DNA of 64,000 bases from the NCBI RefSeq assembly GCF_009914755.1, contig NC_060925.1; one strand, written 5' to 3'. Below the pieces are notes generated by a model, which saw only the letters and a program-made list of their open reading frames with translations, had not been told where the DNA came from and made no database searches. Origin of the DNA: the human T2T-CHM13v2.0 reference genome, Homo sapiens. The position numbers were made by a program, and so were the translations under genes. Below, one piece after another: positions 41,401 through 54,899 of this stretch (position 1 is the first letter of the stretch; each line of letters starts with the position of its first letter).

Positions 41401-43139
41401 ATTTTTAGAAGTTTCATGAGTTAGGGATAATTTCTAAATTGATTGATAGCTGGTTTGAGTTAGAAGTAAGCATGTTGATAGCATAAACATAAATGGCATC
41501 TTATTATATAAGGCTCTTCACATGAGTTTTTTTATTATTATTTTACAGGTTTCTAGAAGATTTTACAGTGTTATGAAAAATTACACATGAAATCAAGATT
41601 CATACATAAGGTTACTTTAAAAGACACTTTTCTTCATATACTGAAATCTAAAATAAGTGTATAAAATGAGATTAGAATGACTATTTTTAAGCACTGTATT
41701 CTTAGGAGTGTGTAAGACTGAATTACTGATGAACTAGAAATTGCATTGAGCAAATTAATATGATATACTTAAGTAGATCTAAATTTTCAGGTATATATGG
41801 TTCAATGTAACATTAAGGAGACTTTCAGCCTACACCTGATTCCTTTTTTGTTGATTCCAGTAGCTGAAATCTGATTTAGAATTATTCTTTCCATTTAAAT
41901 GCAGATTCAGACTTTTCACCTGAGGGCGGGGGAAGTCATTTCTTTTGACTACAATTCTAATATATAGGGAAGTTTGAGTTACATGAATATTCCTTCTCGT
42001 GACAGGAGGTCTTTTCTTACAATATCCAGGATATTTATTGCAATAATTTTATAGCCTCCTTATACTTACGTCATTGTTATAGGCTACAATTTTATGTGCT
42101 AAAAAATGGGGATAAATACAAATTAAACTTTCACTGGGCAATGGAAAAGCAAGAGGGAATTTAAAAATGGAAGTGGTGAATTAAACAGCACTGAGTCACC
42201 AAATCAAAATTGAAATGGGGGATGCTGAAAAGCTAGGTATATTAATATACTGACAGATATAATATGTAGAGCTATTTTATGCCTTTTTCTTTCATCTTTT
42301 TTTTTAATCCTTTAAAAATTGAATCCTGTAAGTGTTTTAAAATATAGAGCCTTGGGTTATGTATGCCAACTCATCTAACGCATACCTGAAATGCTGCTAC
42401 ACTTATCTCCAATGTAGAGATTTATAACACAGAGGAAATAAAAAAGTGGAGATAAATCATTGTGCAAGTGTAGTATTAGCATCTTATTAAATAATTTCTT
42501 ATTGTATTGAATAAAATCTAAATAGTCCCATTTTAGTGAGAACATACGACAATTTTAGCCAGTCCAAATGCTATCAGAATCTAAGTCTAAATATGTATAT
42601 ATAAAATAACAACTTTTTCTTGGATAATACTTATGTGTGAACAAAATGTAAAGTGGAAAATATTTACCTCAGATATTTGATTGAAAGGTTTATAGTTATT
42701 TTTAAAATGTATCCTCTTCCTCAAAATAAATTCTAGTTGAAATAATATCATTTATGGCAAATTGCACAGTTTGCAATTATCATGGATTAAACATTTACAT
42801 TTATTCATTAAACCAAAAATTGAGGAATACATCTTATGTGTTAGGTACTGGAGATATAGGGCTTAAACAATCAGTCGCTGAATCATATAGTCTACAACAT
42901 CGTAAAGACACAAACATGTAAATCTGAAACCCTATAACCTTAGTTTCCCTGATACCATCCTTATCTGTTTGTTTGTTTGTTTGTTTTTTGGGGGGTGGGA
43001 TTTCATTGGTAGCTTCTTCTAAGTTTCCCTGGGGACTCAATGTCTTTTGGTAGTACTCCACATCATCTGAACTCTGTATGTTTGTCACACTATACTGTCC
43101 CTGCTATCCAGGTACAACCCTTCATCTATCGTCTCTATC

Positions 43140-43298
43140 AGGAATAATCAAACTTCAGTATGTGCAAGAACCATCTGGGTGTTTGTGATAAAGTTAAATG
43201 TAGTGATTTTAGTTGGGGTCCAGGAATTTTAACAGGAACCCACGGTCATTTTGATGCATGTCTTCAGTCTTCAGGAATAACACTTTGAGAAACATTTA
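43140..43298. mobile_element. MER5-type hAT fragment
   Basis: tcaaacttcagtatgtgcaagaaccatctggg...cactttgagaaaca. Confidence 0.65.
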
Positions 43299-43476
43299 TC
43301 TATGAACAACCAATACTCCCAATCTATTGCTAAAGCCTAGCTCTTTCTTCTGGGCTTCACTGACGTGTAACTAACTCCCTGCTAAAAATTTGCTCTTGGA
43401 TGTTGCTTATGTTCCTCATACTCTATAAACCTCTCCTCATCACACTTCCACTGCTTCCAGCATATTTTTCACACTA

Positions 43477-43959
43477 TAGTTGATCCTAAACAACATGAAT
43501 TTCAACTGCACAGGTCCACTTACATGTGGCTTTTTTTCAATAAAAGCTTTACTAAGTACGTCTCCCTCTTCTCCCTCCCCTTCTGCTTCCATCACTTCTT
43601 CTGCCTCTGCCACCCTTGAGATGGCAAGACCAACACCTCCTCTTCTTTCTCCTCCTCATCCTACTCAACATGAAGACAAGGATGAAGACCTTTCTGAAGA
43701 TCTACTTCCGCTTAATGAAGAGTAAATAGATTTTATCTTCCTTATGATTTTCTTCACAATATTTTCTTTTTCTTACTTTAAGAATATGGTATAAAACACA
43801 TATAACATATACAAAATGTGTTCATTACTGTTCATGTTTACTGTAAGGCTTTTGATTAACAGTAGGTTAAATTTTGGGGGAGTCAAAAGTTATGCATGAA
43901 TTTTCAACTGTAAGGGGAGGTTTGCACCCCTAACCTTTGTATTGTTTAAGAATCAACTG
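43477..43959 (+). mobile_element. Tigger2a (MER28)-like TcMar element
   Basis: TIRs tagttgatcctaaacaac / ttgtttaagaatcaactg, left TA site; internal gcaagaccaacacctcctc and gaagacaaggatgaagacc. Confidence 0.92.
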
Positions 43960-44054
43960 CATATTGCCTGGCTAAGAAAATTTCAAACTTGCCTATCCTA
44001 TATAAATTCAGGTGTTATCCTTGAATCTTCCCTCTCCTTTATTACGTCCATCTG

Positions 44055-44100
44055 AATTTCATTCATAAGGGTGGAGCCCTCATGACCTAACCACTTCCTA
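44055..44100 (+). repeat. 46-bp exact non-tandem copy of 44700-44745
   Basis: aatttcattcataagggtggagccctcatgacctaaccacttccta at both positions. Confidence 0.95.
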
Positions 44101-44477
44101 TTACAAAATTCTATTGATATTAAGCCTTAACTAGATCCTGAATTTGCACTATTCTGTCCCTGCTGCCACCTCTCCTGTTTACACAATCACTATTTCTCAG
44201 GTATATTTTTTATATTGTCTCCAAAACTTTTTCAAGTTTTGACCCTCTCAAATTAAACCTACACTCTGAACTGTAACCCAAGTAATAACACAAGCAACAA
44301 ATCAGAAAAAAAATAACATTTGGATAAATTAAAATGTCCTCACCATAGTTATGACTCCACACATGGCTGAGCCTCAGGATAACTCCAATATCCTGTTTTG
44401 CCCCTCTCCTGATATACCTACTGCACATATTGTCGTCCTCCAAATGCATTCTACCTTTTTTTTTTTACCTTCTGGTC

Positions 44478-44822
44478 TGCCTTAGTTCATTTCGACTGCT
44501 TTAATAACATACTAAGAAGTTATAAATTTCAAAAATCTATTTCTCATAGTTCTAGAAGTTATAAAGTTCAAGATCAGGGCACTGGCAGATATGGTGTCTG
44601 GTGAGGGCCCACTTTCTGCATCAGAAATTGCACCTTCTTGTATGTTCACATGGTGGAAGTGGTGAGGGGTCTCTTTGGGGATTCTTTTATAAGGGCACTA
44701 ATTTCATTCATAAGGGTGGAGCCCTCATGACCTAACCACTTCCTAAAGGCCCCATCTCCTTGAGGTTAGGATTTCAGTATATGAATTTGGGGTTTGGAGG
44801 GACAAACATGCAGATCACAGCA
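44478..44822 (-). mobile_element. MLT1A/MLT1A0 solo LTR
   Basis: aagttcaagatcagggcactggcagat.tggtgtctggtgagggc, ttttataagggcactaat, gggacaaacatgcagatcacagca. Confidence 0.9.
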
Positions 44823-45137
44823 TGATATTATATTTTAATGTACTGTTCCCTTTACCTACATTCCTCAATTATCACTTGGCTAACCTCCTGTTCAACTAGA
44901 TATTATGTCCTTAGTGAAGGCTCCCTTATGTAAGAAGTTTAGCTTGGATCCCTTTCCTACATGTGCTAGGATTGCCTGATTTGGCATATTTATATATTTC
45001 TCATACAATATTTGAGACACACTTACAGTAAAATAACTGCTTGTTTATGTGCAATTAAAATTTAACTGAGCAACTTGTGTTGTGTCTGTAACCCAAACAA
45101 GCAACAACCCTATGATTTATCACACCAAAATCTTCTA

Positions 45138-45258
45138 TCCTTCCTTCCTTCCTTCCTTCCTTCCTTCCTTCCTTCCTTCCTCCCTTCCTCCCTCCCTCCC
45201 TCCCTCTCTCTCCCTCTCTCTTTCTTTCTTTCTTTCTTGCTTGCTTGCTTGCTTGCTT
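45138..45258. repeat. Compound (TTCC)n(TCCC)n(TC)n(TTTC)n(TTGC)n STR
   Basis: Read directly. Confidence 0.95.
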
Positions 45259-46839
45259 GTATCCCTTAATAAACTGTAAATTCCTCAAAGACGGAAACTA
45301 TTTCTCCATTTTCCTGCACTGTGTTACTGTACTCTTTGGGTAGTGCCTGGCAATGAAAACTCATTTAAAAAAAAGAGTGGAGTGATGTACTCAACATTAA
45401 AACCTCACAACTTCTGTTTGTTCCACTGTACTTATTGCTTCTAAATCATAGCAACAGAAAGTTTGCATACGGTAAGTGTGCATACTCTTTAAATATATTT
45501 TTTAAAGTTTGATTTTTAACAGAAACAAGGATATCATATCACAAAAAAGTCTATAAACAATTATACTTTGAATGTAATCTACCCTTCTACAACAAATGTA
45601 ATTTAAAGAATCTGTGAACCCAAAGCTCTACTAGGCTAGTTTTCTCAGCTACACAAGAAAAGTGTCTAATAATGTGGAGTATCATTTTTTAAAGCTTGTT
45701 TTTATAATACAGAAGACTTTTAATATTAGAGAAAGCATTAGAAAGAAGCTCAGTAGACTTTTTCCCATTGGTACTCAGAAAAGTAAATAGTTCTCAAATT
45801 TCAAATTTTCAAAACCTTAAAAACTATTCTTTACAGAGAAATATTTAAACAATTTTCTGAAAACAGGTATACATGTTTCTATGTATTGTGACTGAAAACA
45901 ATTATTTGATTATTCTGGGCAAATTATAAAAGTAGAAAATACCAATACCAATTACAGGTCCATTAAAGCAAAGCTTTTCATAATTGTCTCTACTAGCAAT
46001 TGATCTCCAAATGTCACAAGATGCCATGGGCTTCTAGAATTGATGATGGATAGCAATTTTAGTAAAATTAGGCACAGATATGCAACAGCAAAAAACACAT
46101 CTGTTATATAAAAAGGAGTTATTGGCATGTGAAAATTGCTGAAGAAATATATTTTGAGACTAGTTGTGGTGATTTCTGACCCCAACCAGTGGAATTAACA
46201 AGTAAAGGAATAAGTAATCAAGAAATAGGCAATAGTAAATCATATTTGTTTATTGAACAAATGTTTATTGAGGCCTGGCTTTGTACCTAATATTAATATT
46301 CTCCCTGTTGAGTGGGATATAGATAGGTAGCAAACAAGAACAAAGTAACCAGCGTTTGACTCAGCAATGCCAATTATTCACCTTTGATGACTTGTAATGC
46401 TAGATTTGAGGCCACTATGAACACTGATAGGAATTGAGTTTCTGTGTCATTTTCAATGCTTTCGTCAGTAAAACAAATTAGTTTACCTCCACCAAAGGAT
46501 GTGTGGAGATAGTCCTCAAACCACAATTCTCACGCTATGCTGTACCACAGCAACCTTACCTCCAGCACCTCTCCTTGAGTATTCTCTTCAATGGACTCCT
46601 TCTTGCCATTTCTACTGATGTCCTGTCTGTGGAGGTCTCTTTGTTTTGTTTTTGTTCTAATTTTCTAACTCCTGTACATCAAGTCAAAGAGACAAGCAAT
46701 TTGTCCTCCTTGCTCGAAGTTGCAACTTCCGAATTATTCTCTCCTCCTTTAAAGTTTGCAAACATAAAAATCAAAATAAACACAGAAAATCCTATTCTTT
46801 TTAAGCTGATGTCATTCAATTCTGTCACCCACTACAACT

Positions 46840-47450
46840 TCCTCCTTGTTCTTACCTCCTGATCTCTTATTCTTCTTATTAACTGAAAAATTCAATGTAG
46901 AAATCAGTCTTTGCATCATTACTCCTGACTTCATTTTCATGAGTTCAATATTCATGGAAGTGAAACATGTAACTTCCTGTACTCTTGGCTCCTTTACTTC
47001 TTTACCTCCAGTAAACATTTCTGTCACTCGTTTTCAGCCATTCACTTCCTATGATACAAGCTATAATCAGACCTGTCGTTACCAGAAACTGTGCCACTTC
47101 TGGGTTTTTTATTTCAAATATTTTCCTCTCCAACCATGCTTTTCTGTTCTTTTAGCTCATATGTTTAATTACCTTTAACAACAAAATGATATGATTATAT
47201 TGACCTTACCTATTCATTAGCCATACTTGAATTTCACCTTCTACTAGCCCCTTCTGTCTTGAACTTCTATATCCCAGTCATTATAATTGGTCCATCACAA
47301 ACACCATGAACTTACTTGACTCCCTACCTCTGTCTCACTTATCAGTTTTCTAACCCTGAATAATCAACACACCTGAGCTACATCTTCTTGGAGAAAATCA
47401 CATGATCACTTTAAGATGACTGTTATTCCTTTAAATTTAACAAAATTATT
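46840..47450 (+). mobile_element. Old L2 ORF fragment
   Basis: ttcaatattcatg, cagccattcacttcc, gacctgtcgttaccagaaactg, cctctccaaccat. Confidence 0.6.
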
Positions 47451-47479
47451 GTAAAATGAACTTGCATTCTTTTATGTTT

Positions 47480-48030
47480 TAATATTTCATCCAACAGATG
47501 TGTGTTGGTAATGTTCTATGTACAAGAGCTGTTCTAGGTGCTAGATTTATGAGTGAAAAATCTAAAACAGACCTTGCTTTTATGTGGCTTATAATTTCAG
47601 GGGGTTGAAGAGAAGGACAGACAAAAACTGAGTAAAGAAATAAGCATTAGGAAAATATCAGATAGCTCTAAGTGCTGTTTCTTGACTGAACAAATGTATA
47701 TTGAGCACTACTGTCAGGCATATTATTAGAAAAATAATAAAATAGACTAATGATATATAGAAAATCCTGAGAGGGGACTTTATACACACCCTGTGATGCT
47801 TCCCTCATGAGGAAACATTTTTGCTGAGATCTAAATTGTGGTGGTTGGATAGAAAAATATTTTATGGAAAAGATTTGTCTTCTAAAACCCCAAATTGGGT
47901 AAAAATATGTCCTGTACATAGATGGAAAGAATGTACTGAAATAAAATGAGCATGGCTGAAGCTTTGTGGCCCGGAGAGAGATTGATGTTAAGTTGAGATT
48001 GGAGAGGTAGGAAGGGACCCAGGCTGTAAT
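47480..48030 (-). mobile_element. L2 3' end
   Basis: ttcatccaacagatgtgtgttg...ctgttctaggtgctag...ttgctgagatct...tgagattggagaggtag. Confidence 0.7.
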
Positions 48031-48079
48031 TATGTCAACTGTGATACTTTTTCCCCTTTTGTAGGCAGCTATGAAGGCA

Positions 48080-48640
48080 GCAATTATCCACCTTCCTTCC
48101 TCAGACACTTATAATCTTTTCCTATCATTTGTAAGCTAATGCCTCCATATGATATTTAGAAAATACAAATCATCAAATACAAAATAGCTTTCTTGACTCT
48201 CCACCTATAAGCTTACCATATTTTTCATCTCATATTTTCATCCTCTCCTGGTTGTTGTATCCCATTTTCTTCACCTGTGGTCTAGATTTGCCCCTCCCAC
48301 ACTTTCTTCAAAGAGGCTTCCATTCTGCAAGTATAATATCAATATCTAATGTCATTAATATCTTCATCTCCATTATATCATTTCATGATTAAAACACAGT
48401 AATAGCTCCCCAATTCAAAATAAAAATTATCATTTATCCCTCTCCACCATCACCCTCTAAATCTCTCTACTTGAGCTGCCACCACACCATACCACCTAAT
48501 ATATTAATATTTGCCTCAAAATTATCAACGGTCTCCATGGTTGCATTTTGAAGGATTTTTGTCATCTCCATCTTAACCTCTCAGCAGCATTCTACAGAAG
48601 TGAACACTACATAGCAAAATAACCAAAAGAAAATTTCTCT
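48080..48640 (+). mobile_element. L2 fragment
   Basis: cacctgtggtctagat, tcttaacctctcagcagcatt. Confidence 0.55.
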
Positions 48641-48991
48641 CCTCCAATGCTCTCAAATACACCCCTTCAATATATCTGTATCAATCTTTATAATAACCAA
48701 GAGCTCTATGAGTCTTGTTTTTGGTTTTTAGTTCTCTGATTGGTCAAGTAAGGCCTCATGTTGAAAAGTACAAAATCCTAATCATGGCACAGAATAAATG
48801 TATATTTTGAAATACCACGCCATATAATATAATAAATGTCTATACGTATATCTTTCTTCTAAGATGTATTAAGAATATATACATATATAACATAAAGCTT
48901 GTGTTATGCATGTGATGAATATTTATATGTGTGTGTACTTATGATGTTAACCTCTCAGTATTATATACAGAAATGTTTCTTCCATAATTTT

Positions 48992-49316
48992 TATTCTTTT
49001 CCTGTTTTTTTTTTTTCTTTTGATATGGGGTCTCATTCTCTCACCCAGGCTGAAGTGAAACGGCATGATCATAGCTCACTGCAATCTCAAACTCCTGGGC
49101 TCAAGCAATCTTCCTGCCTCAGCCTCCCAAGCAGCTAGGATATAGGCATGTGTCACCATGCCTAACTAATATTTAAATATTTTTTAAAATTTTTGTAGAG
49201 ATGGGGGGGTCTCGTTAGGTTGACCAGGTTAGTCTTGAACTCCTGGCTTCAAACAATTCTCCAGTCTTGGCCTCCCAAATTGCTGGGAATACAGGCATGA
49301 GCCATCATACCCGGCC
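48992..49316 (-). mobile_element. AluJ
   Basis: atcatagctcactgca, actcctgggctcaagc; TSD cttccataatttt at 48979-48991 and 49317-49329. Confidence 0.95.
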
Positions 49317-51779
49317 CTTCCATAATTTTCTGAAGCAAGTCTTTTCCCTACTTCAGCTTCCTTTTGCTAATCAGAAAAGATTTTCTGTGGTATTCAAATC
49401 AGTACTGGGTTTTACCAAGCAATTCATCTCATAGAAGCCAAGAAAAGAAATAAAAGGTGGAAAATAATTGATAAATATTTTAAAGAACTTATGTTTATGA
49501 CATTTTAAGTGACTGATTTTTTAGAATATATAAAATGCAAAGTAGATAATTTCTTCCTACATTTTGTTTTAAATTAAATAAATTTTCAAGGAAATCTCAG
49601 TATGTTTGTTTTTAATGCCTCTTTCTCTATCAACTAATGCTATCTTTGTTGCCCAAAGCAGGCTTTTGAGAAGTGTAGTGCAGTAATTGCTCTATTCTGA
49701 AAGGAACTTCCATATGTTGAAGATGTGAACATAATTCTTTGGCCTACTCAAACATACACATGCCCAGTGGGTAAACAAGTTGAGATTGTTAATCATTTTC
49801 TGAATACTTATATATTTGTAAAATTGTTAATGAGATTTTACAGTTTTTCTTCTCAAAGTTGTCAGAAATAACTGGTCATCATGAGGACACATTCAGAAGT
49901 TTGATAGTGCTGTAAAATAAAATGACTTTGCATGTTTTCTGCTGGCAACTCAGGGCAGCAGGTTGCCTGTCAAGTTTCTATACTTTTCCTGTTACTTGAG
50001 GCCACTGTCAGCCATGTGGGTTTTCAGAGGTTCCTTGACTTTGTATGATGGACTGACTGCTCAGACCTGGAGGCATCAGAATTAAGCTAGTGTTGACATC
50101 TAAATGGCTTCCTTTATTAAACTATAACTTTGATTTTCAATCTATTAAATTTGTGTGTTGTTCAAAGCAATAAAATAATTTCAAGCATTTTGTTAATTGG
50201 CTTTGTTTGTATAATTATGAAGTTAATATTGTCCCTGTTACTTTATGTGAAATGATCATTTCAATGCTGTCATTTTATATGCAATTTCAAAAGAATAGCA
50301 GAAAATTAAAGCAATTTTAGTGCATAAACATTTTTTCTTACATAGGATATAGCAAAACTGAATCAAATCATTTAATTTGAAAGTACAGCAAAAATGAATT
50401 CATGAAGTTTGTAAACTCTAGAACATTTTAAAGAGATTTAAATTTCAAAAATACATTCGACAGAGTGGATATCTTCTTAAGGATCTATTGTAATATAAGC
50501 CAATGGTTAATAAAGATTCACTAATTTAAAATACTTCAAACTACTTCAGTGCAGGCAGAAGAATCATTTGAACTGAGCACTTTTTCTGTTTATAAGTAAA
50601 CGATTATTCTAAATGGCAAGCAAGAAGATACTTCTCTTAAATAAGTTTGGCAATCCAAATAATCTCATGTATTTGAATTTATTAAGTAGATATTTTATTC
50701 AAAGACTATTCAAAGATAAATTTTATCATGTATTCTAAAAATTTTACAAAAGTTACATTTCTTTTTTTGTGTATATTGTAAATCTACATAAATAACACAT
50801 TGATCATAAAAAGAAAATGAATCCCATTGTGAAGATATTATAGCATGGTCATGTTTAAATGCCTATTTAAAGGGAAACTATTTCAAATGAAAGAGAATGG
50901 AATGTAGATCAATTCACTTTTCATTATCACATGATATGAGCAGAGGAATGACTTTCAAAGTCTTCCCAAACCTGCCTGAAATAAAGGCAGGTCTATTCTT
51001 TCTTGGTAGATAGGAACAAAAACATGGCTTGCATTTATTCTGCCAATTCATTTTCTCTAACCTGCAACAAATGGTCAATTCAAGATTATCAAGGACTCAT
51101 TTTAGTTTCAATTTCTTTCCCCAGAAGCAGTTTTGCGTGGAAAACAGAAATACTAAAGTCCTGATTTGACTTCCAACTTGAATCTCTTTCTCTTTCTTTA
51201 CATCCAGATTAAGGACAAAATCTGGAAGACCTTTAATTACTGTCAGCCTCTTCTCAATTTCCTTATTTACAGCATCCTCTGAACGTGAAAAAGAGAAATA
51301 CAATCACTGGTTCCATCAAGGGCTTTGATAGTATCCATGGTAAATTTACTATGAAAACCTCAGTTTTCTATTTCAAAACCTGCCCCTTATTTGAAGCCTT
51401 GTGCCAGAACTTATTAAAATTAGCAGATGCCTCTTATATATCTGGTTTTGCATTAAAGATCAATTTTCTGATTTTGGCTTCAGAAATGTATACGACATGC
51501 CAATTGGAAAAGACCAATATTTTGGTTAACTTGTCAATGATAATCAGTGTTTAATGAAGCAAAGTGTAGCTGTGTTAATATTTTTTCTTGTAGCACTTGA
51601 TCATTCTTTTGTTGGCAGACCAACATTTGGCCTTTTTTAATCCAGAAAATATCTGGCCAAATACATTCTAGTTTTTAATTTACTTGTTGTTCACATCTTC
51701 TTCGGAAATCTCTGCTGACTTTGCTTTTCACTATGGAAACTTTAAAAATGAAATGTATTTACATTTACTCTCTACCTTT

Positions 51780-53785
51780 CTTGAAAGCCCTACCCAATCT
51801 GCATCCCATACTACTTTTCCAAAGGTCATCTTACTTCTCCCTTCATATGCCCTCTGCTTCAGCTAACCTGAGCTGATTATCATACTACAGGGAAGTCTGT
51901 CACTGTTTCTTCATTCTTGGGCTTATCTTACCTGGAATTCTCCTCCTGTCCAACAGCACATTCTATCCCCTACTTTAAGCACCCTTGCCACCAATTTAAG
52001 TATTATATATCCAGAACTTCAACTCCCTAAGGGCTGCAGTGACATTTTTTGCAAACTTCTTTTTCCCTTCTTTGAACTCTAGAAGTATTGCTTTATGTCC
52101 TAGGACAATGTTTTGTTGATAAATATCGGCTATGTACTACATCTCTCCATTCAGAGTACCTAATCAAATACTATCAATACAATTATTCTGCAAGGTAATC
52201 ATTGCCTTTATTCCTTTTACTGACCATTCTACTTTCTCTCAATATTTTCAGCTATATTATCTCTCCACTAGTTTGGACTTTGTGACACTCTTAACATTGT
52301 TTTTGCCTCCTAGAGCTTTGTCTTTATTTCAAACCCAACCTTGGATGAATCAAAAATCCATCTGACCTGTGCCTCATCTTCTACTCTATGAAAATAAAAG
52401 TAGAAGCCACCAGATGGAATCTTCCAGATTATTCCTGCATATCCATAAATCCCATTCTACTAGTGCTGTTGCTCTCCATGCTCCGTCTCAAGAAAATCTC
52501 CCAACCTCTCTGTGGATTCCATCTATGCCTGTACTCATAGGCTCTTTATCCTTCTCAGATAAGCTTATGCTTTCTTTCTGTTGTATATTCCACTTCTCTT
52601 TCTCATCTTCCCAGAGATCCTAAAAATAGCCAAATTCATATAGTTAAACAAACAAAAAACAAAAACCCAAATGCAAACTTTATTCTCCCTTTCCTTCCTC
52701 TCCAGTTAGTCTCATCTCTCTTCTTCCTTTTACAGCCAGACAATTAGGTAGTGGCCTATTCCGCAGTCTCGATTTCCTTTGCTCCTACTTACTGTTTGAC
52801 CCATGCTAACATGGATTTCATCATCATAATCCCATGAAATAATTTCACCAATGTTACCAACGACTTCATGTTAATAAGCCTTACATGTATTTTAAAAAGT
52901 ACTTATTTTGTTTCAAATCTCTGTAGCATTTAATATAGTTAACCACTGTCTTCCTAAACACTTTTCCTCCTCCGTTTTCTTGACATGACTTACTGTTAGT
53001 TTTCTCCTTACCCTCTGGCTACGCCTTCCTTGTGTTTGGTAAGCTCACCTTCCTTAATGTAGCCAATAAATTTGGAGTTCCTTAAGACTCAATCCAAAGT
53101 CTTCTCCCCTCTGACTTCATTTCCTTTTCCTAGGTAATCTCAACCATACCCAGGGACTAATCAACACCTATGCTCATCTCTACCTCACACTTTTCCTCAT
53201 AACTGGACATACTGCTCTGAGTTTTACCCATCTATTTTTTGCACAGTAACTAGGAGACATTTTCAAAAGAAATTCTAGATTGTCTTTTGAAGCTCTCTCC
53301 TCAAATTCTCTCACTCCTGCTAAAAATTCTTCAACAGGTTCCCATTGGAATCTTCCTACCCTAAGCACCTTCCATCCCAATCACCCAGATCTTTTTAATT
53401 CATAGTAGTCACTAGGATTCCTCCTATTTATCCTAAACAATGAATTTACATATGCTATTTCCTTTCTCAGCTGCTCTCCCTTTCCCCAGTAACTTGTTAA
53501 GTGCAACTCATCCTTCAGATGTCAATTCAAGTATAGCTTCCCCAAGGAAGATTGCCCTAATCTTTTTGACTAGACAATCCCTTCACATATGTATGGTATA
53601 TCTCTCCTTCATACTACGGAGTACAGTTGTCAATTTGTCTTTGTTAGTGAGATTATTTGATTAATATCTCTGTTCCTTCCTAAGGTCAGATACAAGGTCT
53701 TTCTTTTCTTGGAAATACATCCCCAATCTCTACTACAGAGTCTAATGCAGAACAGTAGCTCAATAAGTTTGGTGAATGAATGACT
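51780..53785 (+). mobile_element. L2 fragments (ORF2 3' half and 3' end)
   Basis: aaacccaaccttggatgaatc, tctctgtagcattt, tccttcagatgtcaattcaa, gtagctcaataagtttggtgaatgaatga. Confidence 0.7.
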
Positions 53786-54899
53786 TTATGCATGATGAAT
53801 TCCTCTTTCAGTCTATGCCACTTATCAAAATATAACATTTTAACTATAGTAAGAGTTCTGTGAATGGTTGTTGAATTTTATTAAGTAATGTACATTTTTG
53901 AATGATTGAATAATGTTTGAAAGAAAACAAAAATAGTGTAGAATCTGCAATTTAGAATAACACATTTATATTCAATTCAGTTCATGATTATTTTCATATT
54001 GTGTCATGTGGCATTTGAACAGAGTCATGACAATTGGTATTTTTGGATTAAGAAATATGAAATATTCTTCCTCAACTCATTTATTAGAAAACCTGATTAA
54101 GGTTGGCTATAGTAGTTTCTGTTTAAATTGAAATGTCACTTTGTTGTCCCTTTTAGACTGACCTGAATTGACTAATCACTTACATTTACATTATATTAAA
54201 CTCTAAGTTTTTGGGATGGAAAAGCTAATGCTGTCACCCTTTTGGAGTGCAGTTTTGATGAATATATTTTTTTCACTTCCCAGAAAGAAAAATGGTCATA
54301 AAAACTCAATATAGCATTATTTATTTTTCCCAGCTTACCCCACATCTTGTTTTTGAGAGCAGCATGCATAGAGTAGTAACAAGAAAAGTTATTTTTTAAG
54401 GATGATTCATTTTAGCACATTTTAAGGCAATCATTAGTTTGTGACTTTTCATTAATAGAGGGGATACAGAAACCACAAGCAATAACCACTAATCACTAAT
54501 TAAAGTCATTGATGGGAGAAATTTGAGAGAAGCACTGTTTACATTTGCTTTGGAAGAAAATTCAAAAGTATGGCAGTGCTCAGGTTAAGGTAATAAATTT
54601 TATCTGGTCCAGGCTAGCTAATACCCAAATTGTACTGTATATAAATCACTATTTCTAATTAAAATTTTAAAACTTAAAATTGTCTTATTAAACAAAAATG
54701 AGTGTCAATTCCCATTAATTGAAAAGAAAATTATTATCACAGGATGGAGTTATGGAAAATTCTTTTTAAAAATTGTAGGTTGATTTTGAAATAAATATTT
54801 TAATGCAAACATCAATGAAATTATGTTAAACAATTAAAAATGGATAATGAGAGAAAGCACATTACTCTTTGTGTAATTATAAAGTAACATTTAGTCTCC

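Larger units (their letters stand above)
43330..45365 (+). mobile_element. Fragmented L2 hosting Tigger2a, MLT1A and an STR
   Basis: ttatccttgaatcttccctctcc, ctgctgccacc, ctgtaaattcctcaaagacgg...agtgcctggca. Confidence 0.6.

Noticed and set aside
51097-51303. Charged ORF (SEDAVNKEIEKRL...) after a minus-strand acceptor at 51279
   Set aside because: No good donor downstream and no recognisable homology
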